A stretch of DNA of 64,000 bases, taken from contig OZ024744.1 of NCBI GenBank assembly GCA_964016885.1, positions 99,882,001 to 99,946,000 of the forward strand. The letters are read 5' to 3'. The notes under the pieces are model-generated. The model saw only the letters and a list, made by a program, of their open reading frames with translations. It was not told the origin of the DNA and searched no databases. The number at the start of each line of letters is the position of its first letter. The first letter of the stretch is position 1. Source of the DNA: Eledone cirrhosa. Lineage: Eukaryota. Positions 48,801-63,800 of this stretch are shown here, one piece after another. Position numbers and translations under genes: made by a program.

Positions 48801-51800
48801 GCATGGTTGGAGAGCTGTAAAGAAACAGTAGAAGGTGGGAGTTGTAGCACTGTAAAACAGGGTGGTGGGCATGGTTGGAGAGCTGTAAAGAAACAATAGA
48901 TGGTGGTAGTTGTAGCACTGTAAAACAGGGTGGTGGGCATGGTTGAAGAGCTGTAAAGAAACAGTAGATGGTGGTAGTTGTAGCACTGTAAAACAGGGTG
49001 GTGGGCATGGTTGGAGAGCTGTAAAGAGACAATAGATGGTGGTAGTTGTAGCACTGTAAAACATGGTGGTGGGCATGGTTGGAGAGCTGTAAAGAAACAA
49101 TAGAAGGTGGTAGTTGTAGCACTGTAAAACAGGGTGGTGGGCATGGTTGGAGAGCTGTAAAGATACAATAGAAGGTGGTAGTTGTAGCACTGTAAAACAG
49201 GGTGGTGGGCATGGTTGGAGAGCTGTAAAGAAACAATAGGTGGTAGTTGTAGCACTGTAAAACAGGGTGGTGGGCATGGTTGGCGAGCTGTAAAGAAACA
49301 GTAGATGGTGGTAGTTGTAGCACTGTAAAACAGGGTGGTGAGATGGTTGGAGAGCTGTAAAGAAACAATAGATGGTGGGAGTTGTAGCACTGTAAATCAG
49401 GGTGGTGGGCATGGTTGGAGAGCTGTAAAGAAATAATAGAAGGTGGTAGTTGTAGCACTGTAAAGCAGGGTGGTGGGCATGGTTGGAGAGCTGTAAAGAG
49501 ACAATAGATGGTGGTAGTTGTAGTACTGTAAACCAGGGTGGTGGGCATGGTTGGAGAGCTGTAAAGAGACAGTAGAAGGTGGTAGTTGTAGCACTGTAAA
49601 ACATGGTGGTGGGCATGGTTTGAGAGCTGTAAAGAGACAATAGATGGTGGTAGTTGAAGCACTGTAAAACAGGGTGGTGGGCATGGTTGGAGAGCTGTAA
49701 AGATAACAATAGATGGTGGTAGTTGTAGCACTGTAAAACAGGGTGGTGGGCATGGTTGGAGAGCTGTAAAGAGACAGTAGAAGGTGGGAGTTGTAGCACT
49801 GTAAGACAGGGTGGTGGGCATGGTTGAAGAGCTGTTAAGAAACAATAGATGGTGGTAGTTGTAGCACTGTAAAACAGGGTGCTGGGCATGGTTGGAGAGC
49901 TGTAAAGAAACAGTAGATGGTGGTAGTTGTAGCACTGTAAAACAGGGTGGTGGGCATGGTTGGAGAGCTGTAAAGATCAATAGGAGGTGGGAGTTGTAGC
50001 ACTGTAAAACAGGGTGGTGGGCATGGTTGGAGAGCTGTAAAGAAACAGTAGATGGTGGTAGTTGTAGCACTGTAAAACAGGGTGGTGGGCATGGTTCGAG
50101 AGCTGTAAAGAGACAATAGAAGGTGGTAGTTGTAGCACTGTAAAACAGGGTGGTGGGCATGGTTGGAGAGCTGTAAAGAGACAATAGATGGTGGTAGTTG
50201 TAGCACTGTAAAACAGGGTGGTGGGCATGGTTGGAGAGCTGTAAAGAGACAATAGATGGTGGGAGTTGTAGCACTGTAAAACAGGGCGGTGGGCATGGTT
50301 GGAGAGCTGTAAAGAAACAGTAGAAGGTGGTAGTTGTAGCACTGTAAAACAGGGTGGTGGGCATGGTTGGAGAGCTGTAAAGAGACAATAGATGGTGGGA
50401 GTTGTAGCAGTGTAAAACATGGTGGTGGGCATGGTTGGAGAGCTGTAAAGAGACAATAGATGGTGGTAGTTGTAGCAGTGTAAAACAGGGTGGTGGGCAT
50501 GGTTGGAGAGCTGTAAAGAGACAATAGATGGTGGTAGTTGTAGCACTGTAAAACAGGGTGGTGGGCATGGTTGGAGAGCTGTAAAGAAACAATAGATGGT
50601 GGTAGTTGTAGCACTGTAAAACAGGGTGGTGGGCATGGTTGGAGAGCTGTAAAGAGACAATAGATGGTGGTAGTTGTAGCACTGTAAAACAGGGTGGTGG
50701 GCATGGTTGGAGAGCTGTAAAGAGACAATAGATGGTGGGAGTTGTAGCACTGTAAAACAGGGTGGTGGGCATGGTTGGAGAGCTGTAAAGAAACAGTAGA
50801 AGGTGGTAGTTGTTGCACTGTAAAACAGGATGGTGGGCATGGTTGCAGAGCTGTAAAGAGACAATAGATGATGGTAGTTGTAGCACTGTAAAACAGGGTG
50901 GTGGGCATGGTTGGAGAGCTGTAAAGAGACAATAGATGGTGGTAGTTGTAGCACTGTAAAACAGGGTGGTGGGCATCGTTGGAGAGCTGTAAAGAAACAA
51001 TAGATGGTGGTAGTTGTAGCACTGTAAAACAGGGTGGTGGGTATGGTTGGAGAGCTGTAAAGAAACAGTAGATGGTGGTAGTTGTAGCACTGTAAAACAG
51101 GGTGATGGGCATGGTTGGAGAGCTGTAAAGAAACAATAGAAGGTGGGAGTTGTAGCACTGTAAAACATGGTGGTGGGCATGGTTGGAGAGCTGTAAAGAA
51201 ACAATAGAAGGTGGTAGTTGTAGCACTGTAAAACAGGGTGGTGGGCATGGTTGGAGAGCTGTAAAGAAACAATAGATGGTGGTAGTTGTAGTAGTGTAAA
51301 ACAGGGTGGTGGACATGGTTGGAGAGCTGTAAAGAGACAATAGATGGTGGTAGTTGTAGCAGTGTAAAACAGGGTGGTGGGCATGGTTGGAGAGCTGTAA
51401 AGAAACAGTAGATGGTGGTAGTTGTAGCAGTGTAAAACAGGGTGGTGGGCATGGTTGGAGAGCTGTAAAGAGACAATAGATGGTGGTAGTTGTAGCACTG
51501 TAAAACAGGGTGGTGGGCATGGTTGGAGAGCTGTAAAGAAACAATAGAAGGTGGTAGTTGTAGCAGTATAAAACAGGGTGGTGGGCATGGTTGGAGAGCT
51601 GTAAAGAAACAGTAGATGGTGGTAGTTGTAGCACTGTAAAACAGGGTGGTGGGCATGGTTGGAGAGCTGTAAAGAAACAATAGAAGGTGGTAGTTGTAGC
51701 ACTGTAAAACAGGGTGGTGGGCATGGTTGGAGAGCTGTAAAGAGACAATAGATGGTGGTAGTTGTAGCACTGTAAAACTGGGTGGTGGGCATGGTTGGAG

Positions 51801-54800
51801 AGCTGTAAAGAAACAATAGAAGGTGGTAGTTGTAGCAGTGTAAAACAGGGTGGTGGGCATGGTTGGAAAGCTGTAAAGAAACGGTAGAAGGTGGTAGTTG
51901 TAGCACTATAAAACATGGTGGTGGGCATGGTTGGAGAGCTGTAAAGAGACAATAGAAGGTGGTAGTTGTAGCACTGTAAAACAGGGTGGTGGGCATGGTT
52001 GGAGAGCTGTAAAGAAACAATAGATGGTGGTAGTTGTAGCACTGTAAAACAGGGTGGTGGGCATGGTTGGAGAGCTGTAAAGAAACAGTAGATGGTGGTA
52101 GTTGTAGCACTGTTAAACAGGGTGGTGGGCATGGTTGGAGAGCTGTAAAGAAACAATAGAAGGTGGTAGTTGTATAACTGTAAAACAGGGTGGTGGGCAT
52201 GGTTGGAGAGCTGTAAAGATACAATAGAAGGTGGTAGTTGTAGCACTGTAAAACAGGGTGGTGGGCATGGTTGGAGAGCTGTAAAGAAACAGTAGAAGGT
52301 GGTAGTTGTAGCACTGTAAAACAGGGTGGTGGGCATGGTTGGAGAGCTGTAAAGAAACAGTAGATGGTGGTAGTTGTAGCACTGTAAAACAGGGTGGTGG
52401 GCATGGTTGGAGAGCTGTAAAGAAACAATAGATGGTGGTAGTTGTAGCACTGTAAAACAGGGTGATGGGCATGGTTGGAGAGCTGTAAAGAGACAGTAGA
52501 TGGTGGTAGTTGTAGCACTGTAAAACAGGGTGGTGGGCATGGTTGGAGAGCTGTAAAGAGACAGTAGATGGTAGTATTTGTAGCACTGTAAAACAGGGTG
52601 GTGGGCATGGTTGAAGAGCTGTAAAGAAACAGTAGATGGTGGTAGTTGTAGCACTGTAAAACAGGGTGGTGGGCATGGTTGGAGAGCTGTAAAGAAACAG
52701 TAGAAGGTGGTAGTTGTAGCACTGTAAAACAGGGTGGTGGGCATGGTTGGAGAGCTGTAAAGAGACAATAGATGGTGGGAGTTGTAGCACTGTAAAACAG
52801 GGTGGTGGGCATGGTTGGAGAGCTGTAAAGAAACAGTAGAAGGTGGGAGTTGTAGCACTGTAAAACAGGGTGGTGGGCATGGTTGGAGAGCTGTAAAGAA
52901 ACAATAGATGGTGGTAGTTGTAGCACTGTAAAACAGGGTGGTGGGCATGGTTGAAGAGCTGTAAAGAAACAGTAGATGGTGGTAGTTGTAGCACTGTAAA
53001 ACAGGGTGGTGGGCATGGTTGGAGAGCTGTAAAGAGACAATAGATGGTGGTAGTTGTAGCACTGTAAAACATGGTGGTGGGCATGGTTGGAGAGCTGTAA
53101 AGAAACAATAGAAGGTGGTTGTTGTAGCACTGTAAAACAGGGTGGTGGGCATGGTTGGAGAGCTGTAAAGATACAATAGAAGGTGGTAGTTGTAGCACTG
53201 TAAAACAGGGTGGTGGGCATGGTTGGAGAGCTGTAAAGAAACAATAGGTGGTAGTTGTAGCACTGTAAAACAGGGTGGTGGGCATGGTTGGCGAGCTGTA
53301 AAGAAACAGTAGATGGTGGTAGTTGTAGCACTGTAAAACAGGGTGGTGAGATGGTTGGAGAGCTGTAAAGAAACAATAGATGGTGGGAGTTGTAGCACTG
53401 TAAATCAGGGTGGTGGGCATGGTTGGAGAGCTGTAAAGAAATAATAGAAGGTGGTAGTTGTAGCACTGTAAAGCAGGGTGGTGGGCATGGTTGGAGAGCT
53501 GTAAAGAGACAATAGATGGTGGTAGTTGTAGTACTGTAAACCAGGGTGGTGGGCATGGTTGGAGAGCTGTAAAGAGACAGTAGAAGGTGGTAGTTGTAGC
53601 ACTGTAAAACATGGTGGTGGGCATGGTTTGAGAGCTGTAAAGAGACAATAGATGGTGGTAGTTGAAGCACTGTAAAACAGGGTGGTGGGCATGGTTGGAG
53701 AGCTGTAAAGATAACAATAGATGGTGGTAGTTGTAGCACTGTAAAACAGGGTGGTGGGCATGGTTGGAGAGCTGTAAAGAGACAGTAGAAGGTGGGAGTT
53801 GTAGCACTGTAAGACAGGGTGGTGGGCATGGTTGAAGAGCTGTAAAGAAACAATAGATGGTGGTAGTTGTAGCACTGTAAAACAGGGTGCTGGGCATGGT
53901 TGGAGAGCTGTAAAGAAACAGTAGATGGTGGTAGTTGTAGCACTGTAAAACAGGGTGGTGGGCATGGTTGGAGAGCTGTAAAGATCAATAGAAGGTGGGA
54001 GTTGTAGCACTGTAAAACAGGGTGGTGGGCATGGTTGGAGAGCTGTAAAGAAACAGTAGATGGTGGTAGTTGTAGCACTGTAAAACAGGGTGGTGGGCAT
54101 GGTTCGAGAGCTGTAAAGAGACAATAGAAGGTGGTAGTTGTAGCACTGTAAAACAGGGTGGTGGGCATGGTTGGAGAGCTGTAAAGAGACAATAGATGGT
54201 GGTAGTTGTAGCACTGTAAAACAGGGTGGTGGGCATGGTTGGAGAGCTGTAAAGAGACAATAGATGGTGGGAGTTGTAGCACTGTAAAACAGGGCGGTGG
54301 GCATGGTTGGAGAGCTGTAAAGAAACAGTAGAAGGTGGTAGTTGTAGCACTGTAAAACAGGGTGGTGGGCATGGTTGGAGAGCTGTAAAGAGACAATAGA
54401 TGGTGGGAGTTGTAGCAGTGTAAAACATGGTGGTGGGCATGGTTGGAGAGCTGTAAAGAGACAATAGATGGTGGTAGTTGTAGCAGTGTAAAACAGGGTG
54501 GTGGGCATGGTTGGAGAGCTGTAAAGAGACAATAGATGGTGGTAGTTGTAGCACTGTAAAACAGGGTGGTGGGCATGGTTGGAGAGCTGTAAAGAAACAA
54601 TAGATGGTGGTAGTTGTAGCACTGTAAAACAGGGTGGTGGGCATGGTTGGAGAGCTGTAAAGAGACAATAGATGGTGGTAGTTGTAGCACTGTAAAACAG
54701 GGTGGTGGGCATGGTTGGAGAGCTGTAAAGAGACAATAGATGGTGGGAGTTGTAGCACTGTAAAACAGGGTGGTGGGCATGGTTGGAGAGCTGTAAAGAA

Positions 54801-57800
54801 ACAGTAGAAGGTGGTAGTTGTTGCACTGTAAAACAGGATGGTGGGCATGGTTGCAGAGCTGTAAAGAGACAATAGATGATGGTAGTTGTAGCACTGTAAA
54901 ACAGGGTGGTGGGCATGGTTGGAGAGCTGTAAAGAGACAATAGATGGTGGTAGTTGTAGCACTGTAAAACAGGGTGGTGGGCATCGTTGGAGAGCTGTAA
55001 AGAAACAATAGATGGTGGTAGTTGTAGCACTGTAAAACAGGGTGGTGGGTATGGTTGGAGAGCTGTAAAGAAACAATTGATGGTGGTAGTTGTAGCACTG
55101 TAAAACAGGGTGGTGGGCATGGTTGGAGAGCTGTAAAGAGACAATAGAAGGTGGTAGTTGTAGCACTGTAAAACAGGGTGGTGGGCATGGTTGGTGAGCT
55201 GTAAAGAAACAGTAGATGGTGGTAGTTGTAGCACTGTAAAACAGGGTGGTGGGCATGGTTGGAGAGCTTTAAAGAAACAATAGATGGTGGTAGTTGTAGC
55301 TCTGTAAAACAGGGTGGTGGGCATGGTTGGAGAGCTGTAAAGAGACAGTAGATGGTGGTAGTTGTAGCACTGTAAAACAGGGTGGTGGGCATGGTTGGAG
55401 AGCTGTAAAGAAACAATAGATGGTGGTAGTTGTAGCACTGTAAAACAGGGTGGTGGGCATGGTTGGAGAGCTGTAAAGAAACAGTAGATGGTGGTAGTTG
55501 TACCACTGTAAAACAGGGTGGTGGGCATGGTTGAAGAGCTGTAAAGAAACAGTAGATGGTGGTAGTTGTAGCACTGTAAAACAGGGTGGTGGGCATGGTT
55601 GGAGAGCTGTAAAGAGACAATAGATGGTGGTAGTTGTAGCACTGTAAAACATGGTGGTGGGCATGGTTGGAGAGCTGTAAAGAAACAATAGAAGGTGGTA
55701 GTTGTAGCACTGTAAAACAGGGTGGTGGGCATGGTTGGAGAGCTGTAAAGATACAATAGAAGGTGGTAGTTGTAGCACTGTAAAACAGGGTGGTGGGCAT
55801 GGTTGGAGAGCTGTAAAGAAACAATAGGTGGTAGTTGTAGCACTGTAAAACAGGGTGGTGGGCATGGTTGGAGAGCTGTAAAGAAACAGTAGATGGTGGT
55901 AGTTGTAGCACTGTAAAACAGGGTGGTGGGCATGGTTGGAGAGCTGTAAAGAAACAATAGATGGTGGGAGTTGTAGCACTGTAAATCAGGGTGGTGGGCA
56001 TGGTTGGAGAGCTGTAAAGAAATAATAGAAGGTGGTAGTTGTAGCACTGTAAAGCAGGGTGGTGGGCATGGTTGGAGAGCTGTAAAGAGACAATAGATGG
56101 TGGTAGTTGTAGTACTGTAAACCAGGGTGGTGGGCATGGTTGGAGAGCTGTAAAGAGACAGTAGAAGGTGGTAGTTGTAGCACTGTAAAACATGGTGGTG
56201 GGCATGGTTTGAGAGCTGTAAAGAGACAATAGATGGTGGTAGTTGAAGCACTGTAAAACAGGGTGGTGGGCATGGTTGGAGAGCTGTAAAGATAACAATA
56301 GATGGTGGTAGTTGTAGCACTGTAAAACAGGGTGCTGGGCATGGTTGGAGAGCTGTAAAGAAACAGTAGATGGTGGTAGTTGTAGCACTGTAAAACAGGG
56401 TGGTGGGCATGGTTGGAGAGCTGTAAAGAAACAATAGAAGGTGGGAGTTGTAGCACTGTAAAACAGGGTGGTGGGCATTGTTGGAGAGCTGTAAAGAGAC
56501 AATAGATGGTGGTAGCTGTAGCACTGTAAAACAGGGTGGTGGGCATGGTTCGAGAGCTGTAAAGAGACAATAGAAGGTGGTAGTTGTAGTACTGTAAAAC
56601 AGGGTGGTGGGCATGGTTGGAGAGCTGTAAAGAGACAATAGATGGTGGTAGTTGTAGCACTGTAAAACAGGGTGGTGGGCATGGTTGGAGAGCTGTAAAG
56701 AGACAATAGATGGTGGGAGTTGTAGCACTGTAAAACAGGGCGGTGGGCATGGTTGGAGGGCTGTAAAGAAACAGTAGAAGGTGGTAGTTGTAGCACTGTA
56801 AAACAGGGTGGTGGGCATGGTTGGAGAGCTGTAAAGAGACAATAGATTGTGGGAGTTGTAGCAGTGTAAAACATGGTGGTGGGCATGGTTGGAGAGCTGT
56901 AAAGAGACAATAGATGGTGGTAGTTGTAGCAGTGTAAAACAGGGTGGTGGGCATGGTTGGAGAGCTGTAAAGAGACAATAGATGGTGGTAGTTGTAGCAC
57001 TGTAAAACAGGGTGGTGGGCATGGTTGGAGAGCTGTAAAGAAACAATAGATGGTGGTAGTTGTAGCACTGTAAAACAGGGTGGTGGGCATGGTTGGAGAG
57101 CTGTAAAGAGACAATAGATGGTGGTAGTTGTAGCACTGTAAAACAGGGTGGTGGGCATGGTTGGAGAGCTGTAAAGAGACAATAGATGGTGGGAGTTGTA
57201 GCACTGTAAAACAGGGTGGTGGGCATGGTTGGAGAGCTGTAAAGAAACAGTAGAAGGTGGTAGTTGTTGCACTGTAAAACAGGATGGTGGGCATGGTTGC
57301 AGAGCTGTAAAGAGACAATAGATGATGGTAGTTGTAGCACTGTAAAACAGGGTGGTGGGCATGGTTGGAGAGCTGTAAAGAGACAATAGATGGTGGTAGT
57401 TGTAGCACTGTAAAACAGGGTGGTGGGCATCGTTGGAGAGCTGTAAAGAAACAATAGATGGTGGTAGTTGTAGCACTGTAAAACAGGGTGGTGGGTATGG
57501 TTGGAGAGCTGTAAAGAAACAATTGATGATGGTAGTTGTAGCACTGTAAAACAGGGTGGTGGGCATGGTTGGAGAGCTGTAAAGAGACAATAGAAGGTGG
57601 TAGTTGTAGCACTGTAAAACAGGGTGGTGGGCATGGTTGGTGAGCTGTAAAGAAACAGTAGATGGTGGTAGTTGTAGCACTGTAAAACAGGGTGGTGGGC
57701 ATGGTTGGAGAGCTGTAAAGAAACAATAGATGGTGGTAGTTGTAGCTCTGTAAAACAGGGTGGTGGGCATGGTTGGAGAGCTGTAAAGAGACAGTAGATG

Positions 57801-60800
57801 GTGGTAGTTGTAGCACTGTAAAACAGGGTGGTGGGCATGGTTGGAGAGCTGTAAAGAGACAGTCGATGGTGGTAGTTGTAGCACTGTAAAACAGGGTGGT
57901 GGGCATGGTTGAAGAGCTGTAAAGAAACAGTAGATGGTGGTAGTTGTAGCACTGTAAAACAGGGTGGTGGGCATGGTTGGAGAGCTGTAAAGAAACAGTA
58001 GAAGGTGGTAGTTGTAGCACTGTAAAACAGGGTGGTGGGCATGATTGGAGAGCTGTAAAGAGACAATAGAGCGTGGGAGTTGTAGCACTGTAAAACAGGG
58101 TGGTGGGCATGGTTGGAGAGCTGTAAAGAAACAGTAGAAGGTGGGAGTTGTAGCACTGTAAAACAGGGTGGTGGGCATGGTTGGAGAGCTATAAAGAAAC
58201 AATAGATGGTGGTAGTTGTAGCACTGTAACACAGGGTGGTGGGCATGGTTGGAGAGCTGTAAAGAAACAGTAGATGGTGGTAGTTGTAGCACTGTAAAAC
58301 ATGGTGGTGGGCATGGTTGAAGAGCTGTAAAGAAACAGTAGATGGTGGTAGTTGTAGCACTGTAAAACAGGGTGGTGGGCATGGTTGGAGAGCTGTAAAG
58401 AAACAATAGAAGGTGGTAGTTGTAGCACTGGAAAACAGGGTGGTGGGCATGGTTGGAGAGCTGTAAAGATACAATAGAAGGTGGTAGTTGTAGCACTGTA
58501 TAACATGGTGGTGGGCATGGTTGAAGAGCTGTAAAGAAACAATAGAAGGTGGTAGTTGTAGCACTGTAAAACAGGGTGGTGGGCATGGTTGGAGAGCTGT
58601 AAAGAAACAGTAGATGGTGGTAGTTGTAGCACTGTAAAACAGGGTGGTGGGCATGGTTGGAGAGCTGTAAAGAAACAATAGATGGTGGGAGTTGTAGCAC
58701 TGTAAATCAGGGTGGTGGGCATGGTTGGAGAGCTGTAAAGAAACAATAGATGGTGGTAGTTGTAGCACTGTAAAACAGGGTGGTGGGCATGGTTGGAGAG
58801 CTGTAAAGAGACAATAGATGGTGGGAGTTGTAGCACTGTAAAACAGGGTGATGGGCATGGTTCGAGAGCTGTAAAGAGACAATAGATGGTGGGAGTTGTA
58901 GCACTGTAAAACATGGTGGTGGGCATGGTTGGAGAGCTGTAAAGAAACAGTAGAAGGTGGTAGTTGTAGCACTGTAAAACAAGGTGGTGCGCATGTTTGG
59001 AGAGCTGTAAAGAAACAATAGATGGTGGTAGTTGTAGCACTGTAAAACAGGGTGGTGAGCATGGTTGGAGAGCTGTAAAGAGACAATAGATGGTGGTAGT
59101 TGTAGCAGTGTAAAACAGGGTGGTGGGCATGGTTGGAGAGCTGTAAAGAAACAATAGATGGTGGTAGTTGTAGTACTGTAAACCAGGGTGGTGGGCATGG
59201 TTGGAGAGCTGTAAAGAGACAGTAGAAGGTGGTAGTTGTAGCACTGTAAAACATGGTGGTGGGCATGGTTGGAGAGCTGTAAAGAGACAATAGATGGTGG
59301 TAGTTGAAGCACTGTAAAACAGGGTGGTCGGCATGGTTGGAGAGCTGTAAAGATAACAATAGATGGTGGTAGTTGTAGCACTGTAAAACAGGGTGGTGGG
59401 CATGGTTGGAGAGCTGTAAAGAGACAGTAGAAGGTGGGAGTTGTAGCACTGTAAGACAGGGTTGTGGGCATGGTTGGAGAGCTGTAAAGAAACAATAGAT
59501 GGTGGTAGTTGTAGCACTGTAAAACAGGGTGGTGGGCATGGTTGGAGAGCTGTAAAGAAACAGTAGATGGTGGTAGTTGTAGCACTGTAAAACAGGGTGG
59601 TGGGCATGGTTGGAGAGCTGTAAAGAAACAATAGAAGGTGGGAGTTGTAGCACTGTAAAACAGGGTGGTGGGCATGGTTGGAGAGCTGTAAAGAGACGAT
59701 AGAAGGTGGTAGTTGTAGCACTGTAAAACAGGGTGGTGGGCATGGTTGGAGAGCTGTAAAGAAACAATAGGTGGTAGTTGTAGCACTGTAAAACAGGGTG
59801 GTGGGCATGGTTGGAGAGCTGTAAAGAAACAATAGATGGTGGTAGTTGTAGCACTGTAAAACAGGGTGGTGGGCATGGTTGGAGAGCTGTAAAGAAACAG
59901 TAGATGGTGGTAGTTGTAGTACTGTAAAACATGGTGGTGGGCATGGTTGGAGAGCTGTGAAGAAACAGTAGATGGTGGTAGTTGTAGCACTGTAAAACAG
60001 GGTGGTGGGCATGGTTGAAGAGCTGTAAAGAAACAGTAGATGGTGGTAGTTGTAGCACTGTAAAACAGGGTGGTGGGCATGGTTGGAGAGCTGTAAAGAA
60101 ATAATAGAAGGTGGTAGTTGTAGCACTGTAAAGCAGGGTGGTGGGCATGGTTGGAGAGCTGTAAAGAGACAATAGATGGTGGTAGTTGTAGTACTGTAAA
60201 CCAGGGTGGTGGGCATGGTTGGAGAGCTGTAAAGAGACAGTAGAAGGTGGTAGTTGTAGCACTGTAAAACATGCTGGTGGGCATGGTTTGAGAGCTGTAA
60301 AGAGACAATAGATGGTGGTAGTCGAAGCACTGTAAAACAGGGTGGTGGGCATGGTTGGAGAGCTGTAAAGATAACAATAGATGGTGGTAGTTGTAGCACT
60401 GTAAAACAGGGTGGTGGGCATGGTTGGAGAGCTGTAAAGAGACAGTAGAAGGTGGGAGTTGTAGCACTGTAAGACAGGGTGGTGGGCATGGTTGGAGAGC
60501 TGTAAAGAAACAATAGATGGTGGTAGTTGTAGCACTGTAAAACAGGGTGCTGGGCATGGTTGGAGAGCTGTAAAGAAACAGTAGATGGTGGTAGTTGTAG
60601 CACTGTAAAACAGGGTGGTGGGCATGGTTGGAGAGCTGTAAAGAAACAATAGAAGGTGGGAGTTGTAGCACTGTAAAACAGGGTGGTGGGCATTGTTGGA
60701 GAGCTGTAAAGAGACAATAGATGGTGGTAGCTGTAGCACTGTAAAACAGGGTGGTGGGCATGGTTCGAGAGCTGTAAAGAGACAATAGAAGGTGGTAGTT

Positions 60801-63800
60801 GTAGCACTGTAAAACAGGGTGGTGGGCATGGTTGGAGAGCTGTAAAGAGACAATAGATGGTGGTAGTTGTAGCACTGTAAAACAGGGTGGTGGGCATGGT
60901 TGGAGAGCTGTAAAGAGACAATAGATGGTGGGAGTTGTAGCACTGTAAAACAGGGCGGTGGGCATGGTTGGAGAGCTGTAAAGAAACAGTAGAAGGTGGT
61001 AGTTGTAGCACTGTAAAACAGGGTGGTGGGCATGGTTGGAGAGCTGTAAAGAGACAATAGATGGTGGGAGTTGTAGCAGTGTAAAACATGGTGGTGGGCA
61101 TGGTTGGAGAGCTGTAAAGAGACAATAGATGGTGGTAGTTGTAGCAGTGTAAAACAGGGTGGTGGGCATGGTTGGAGAGCTGTAAAGAGACAATAGATGG
61201 TGGTAGTTGTAGCACTGTAAAACAGGGTGGTGGGCATGGTTGGAGAGCTGTAAAGAAACAATAGATGGTGGTAGTTGTAGCACTGTAAAACAGGGTGGTG
61301 GGCATGGTTGGAGAGCTGTAAAGAGACAATAGATGGTGGTAGTTGTAGCACTGTAAAACAGGGTGGTGGGCATGGTTGGAGAGCTGTAAAGAGACAATAG
61401 ATGGTGGGAGTTGTAGCACTGTAAAACAGGGTGGTGGGCATGGTTGGAGAGCTGTAAAGAAACAGTAGAAGGTGGTAGTTGTTGCACTGTAAAACAGGAT
61501 GGTGGGCATGGTTGCAGAGCTGTAAAGAGACAATAGATGATGGTAGTTGTAGCACTGTAAAACAGTGTGGTGGGCATGGTTGGAGAGCTGTAAAGAGACA
61601 ATAGATGGTGGTAGTTGTAGCACTGTAAAACAGGGTGGTGGGCATCGTTGGAGAGCTGTAAAGAAACAATAGATGGTGGTAGTTGTAGCACTGTAAAACA
61701 GGGTGGTGGGTATGGTTGGAGAGCTGTAAAGAAACAATTGATGATGGTAGTTGTAGCACTGTGAAACAGGGTGGTGGGCATGGTTGGAGAGCTGTAAAGA
61801 GACAATAGAAGGTGGTAGTTGTAGCACTGTAAAACAGGGTGGTGGGCATGGTTGGTGAGCTGTAAAGAAACAGTAGATGGTGGTAGTTGTAGCACTGTAA
61901 AACAGGGTGGTGGGCATGGTTGGAGAGCTGTAAAGAAACAATAGATGGTGGTAGTTGTAGCTCTGTAAAACAGGGTGGTGGGCATGGTTGGAGAGCTGTA
62001 AAGAGACAGTAGATGGTGGTAGTTGTAGCACTGTAAAACAGGGTGGTGGGCATGGTTGGAGAGCTGTAAAGAGACAGTAGATGGTGGTAGTTGTAGCACT
62101 GTAAAACAGGGTGGTGGGCATGGTTGAAGAGCTGTAAAGAAACAGTAGATGGTGGTAGTTGTAGCACTGTAAAACAGGGTGGTGGGCATGGTTGGAGAGC
62201 TGTAAAGAAACAGTAGAAGGTGGTAGTTGTAGCACTGTAAAACAGGGTGGTGGGCATGGTTGGAGAGCTGTAAAGAGACAATAGAGCGTGGGAGTTGTAG
62301 CACTGTAAAACAGGGTGGTGGGCATGGTTGGAGAGCTGTAAAGAAACAGTAGAAGGTGGGAGTTGTAGCACTGTAAAACAGGGTGGTGGGCATGGTTGGA
62401 GAGCTGTAAAGAAACAATAGATGGTGGTAGTTGTAGCACTGTAACACAGGGTGGTGGGCATGGTTGGAGAGCTGTAAAGAAACAGTAGATGGTGGTAGTT
62501 GTAGCACTGTAAAACATGGTGGTGGGCATGGTTGAAGAGCTGTAAAGAAACAGTAGATGGTGGTAGTTGTAGCACTGTAAAACAGGGTGGTGGGCATGGT
62601 TGGAGAGCTGTAAAGAAACAATAGAAGGTGGTAGTTGTAGCACTGGAAAACAGGGTGGTGGGCATGGTTGCAGAGCTGTAAAGATACAATAGAAGGTGGT
62701 AGTTGTAGCACTGTATAACATGGTGGTGGGCATGGTTGAAGAGCTGTAAAGAAACAATAGAAGGTGGTAGTTGTAGCACTGTAAAACAGGGTGGTGGGCA
62801 TGGTTGGAGAGCTGTAAAGAAACAGTAGATGGTGGTAGTTGTAGCACTGTAAAACAGGGTGGTGGGCATGGTTGGAGAGCTGTAAAGAAACAATAGATGG
62901 TGGGAGTTGTAGCACTGTAAATCAGGGTGGTGGGCATGGTTGGAGAGCTGTAAAGAAACAATAGATGGTGGTAGTTGTAGCACTGTAAAACAGGGTGGTG
63001 GGCATGGTTGGAGAGCTGTAAAGAAACAATAGGTGGTAGTTGTAGCACTGTAAAACAGGGTGGTGGGCATGGTTGGAGAGCTGTAAAGAAACAATAGATG
63101 GTGGTAGTTGTAGCACTGTAAAACAGGGTGGTGGGCATGGTTGGAGAGCTGTAAAGAAACAGTAGATGGTGGTAGTTGTAGTACTGTAAAACATGGTGGT
63201 GGGCATGGTTGGAGAGCTGTGAAGAAACAGTAGATGGTGGTAGTTGTAGCACTGTAAAACAGGGTGGTGGGCATGGTTGAAGAGCTGTAAAGAAACAGTA
63301 GATGGTGGTAGTTGTAGCACTGTAAAACAGGGTGGTGGGCATGGTTGGAGAGCTGTAAAGAAATAATAGAAGGTGGTAGTTGTAGCACTGTAAAGCAGGG
63401 TGGTGGGCATGGTTGGAGAGCTGTAAAGAGACAATAGATGGTGGTAGTTGTAGTACTGTAAACCAGGGTGGTGGGCATGGTTGGAGAGCTGTAAAGAGAC
63501 AGTAGAAGGTGGTAGTTGTAGCACTGTAAAACATGCTGGTGGGCATGGTTTGAGAGCTGTAAAGAGACAATAGATGGTGGTAGTCGAAGCACTGTAAAAC
63601 AGGGTGGTGGGCATGGTTGGAGAGCTGTAAAGATAACAATAGATGGTGGTAGTTGTAGCACTGTAAAACAGGGTGGTGGGCATGGTTGGAGAGCTGTAAA
63701 GAGACAGTAGAAGGTGGGAGTTGTAGCACTGTAAGACAGGGTGGTGGGCATGGTTGGAGAGCTGTAAAGAAACAATAGATGGTGGTAGTTGTAGCACTGT

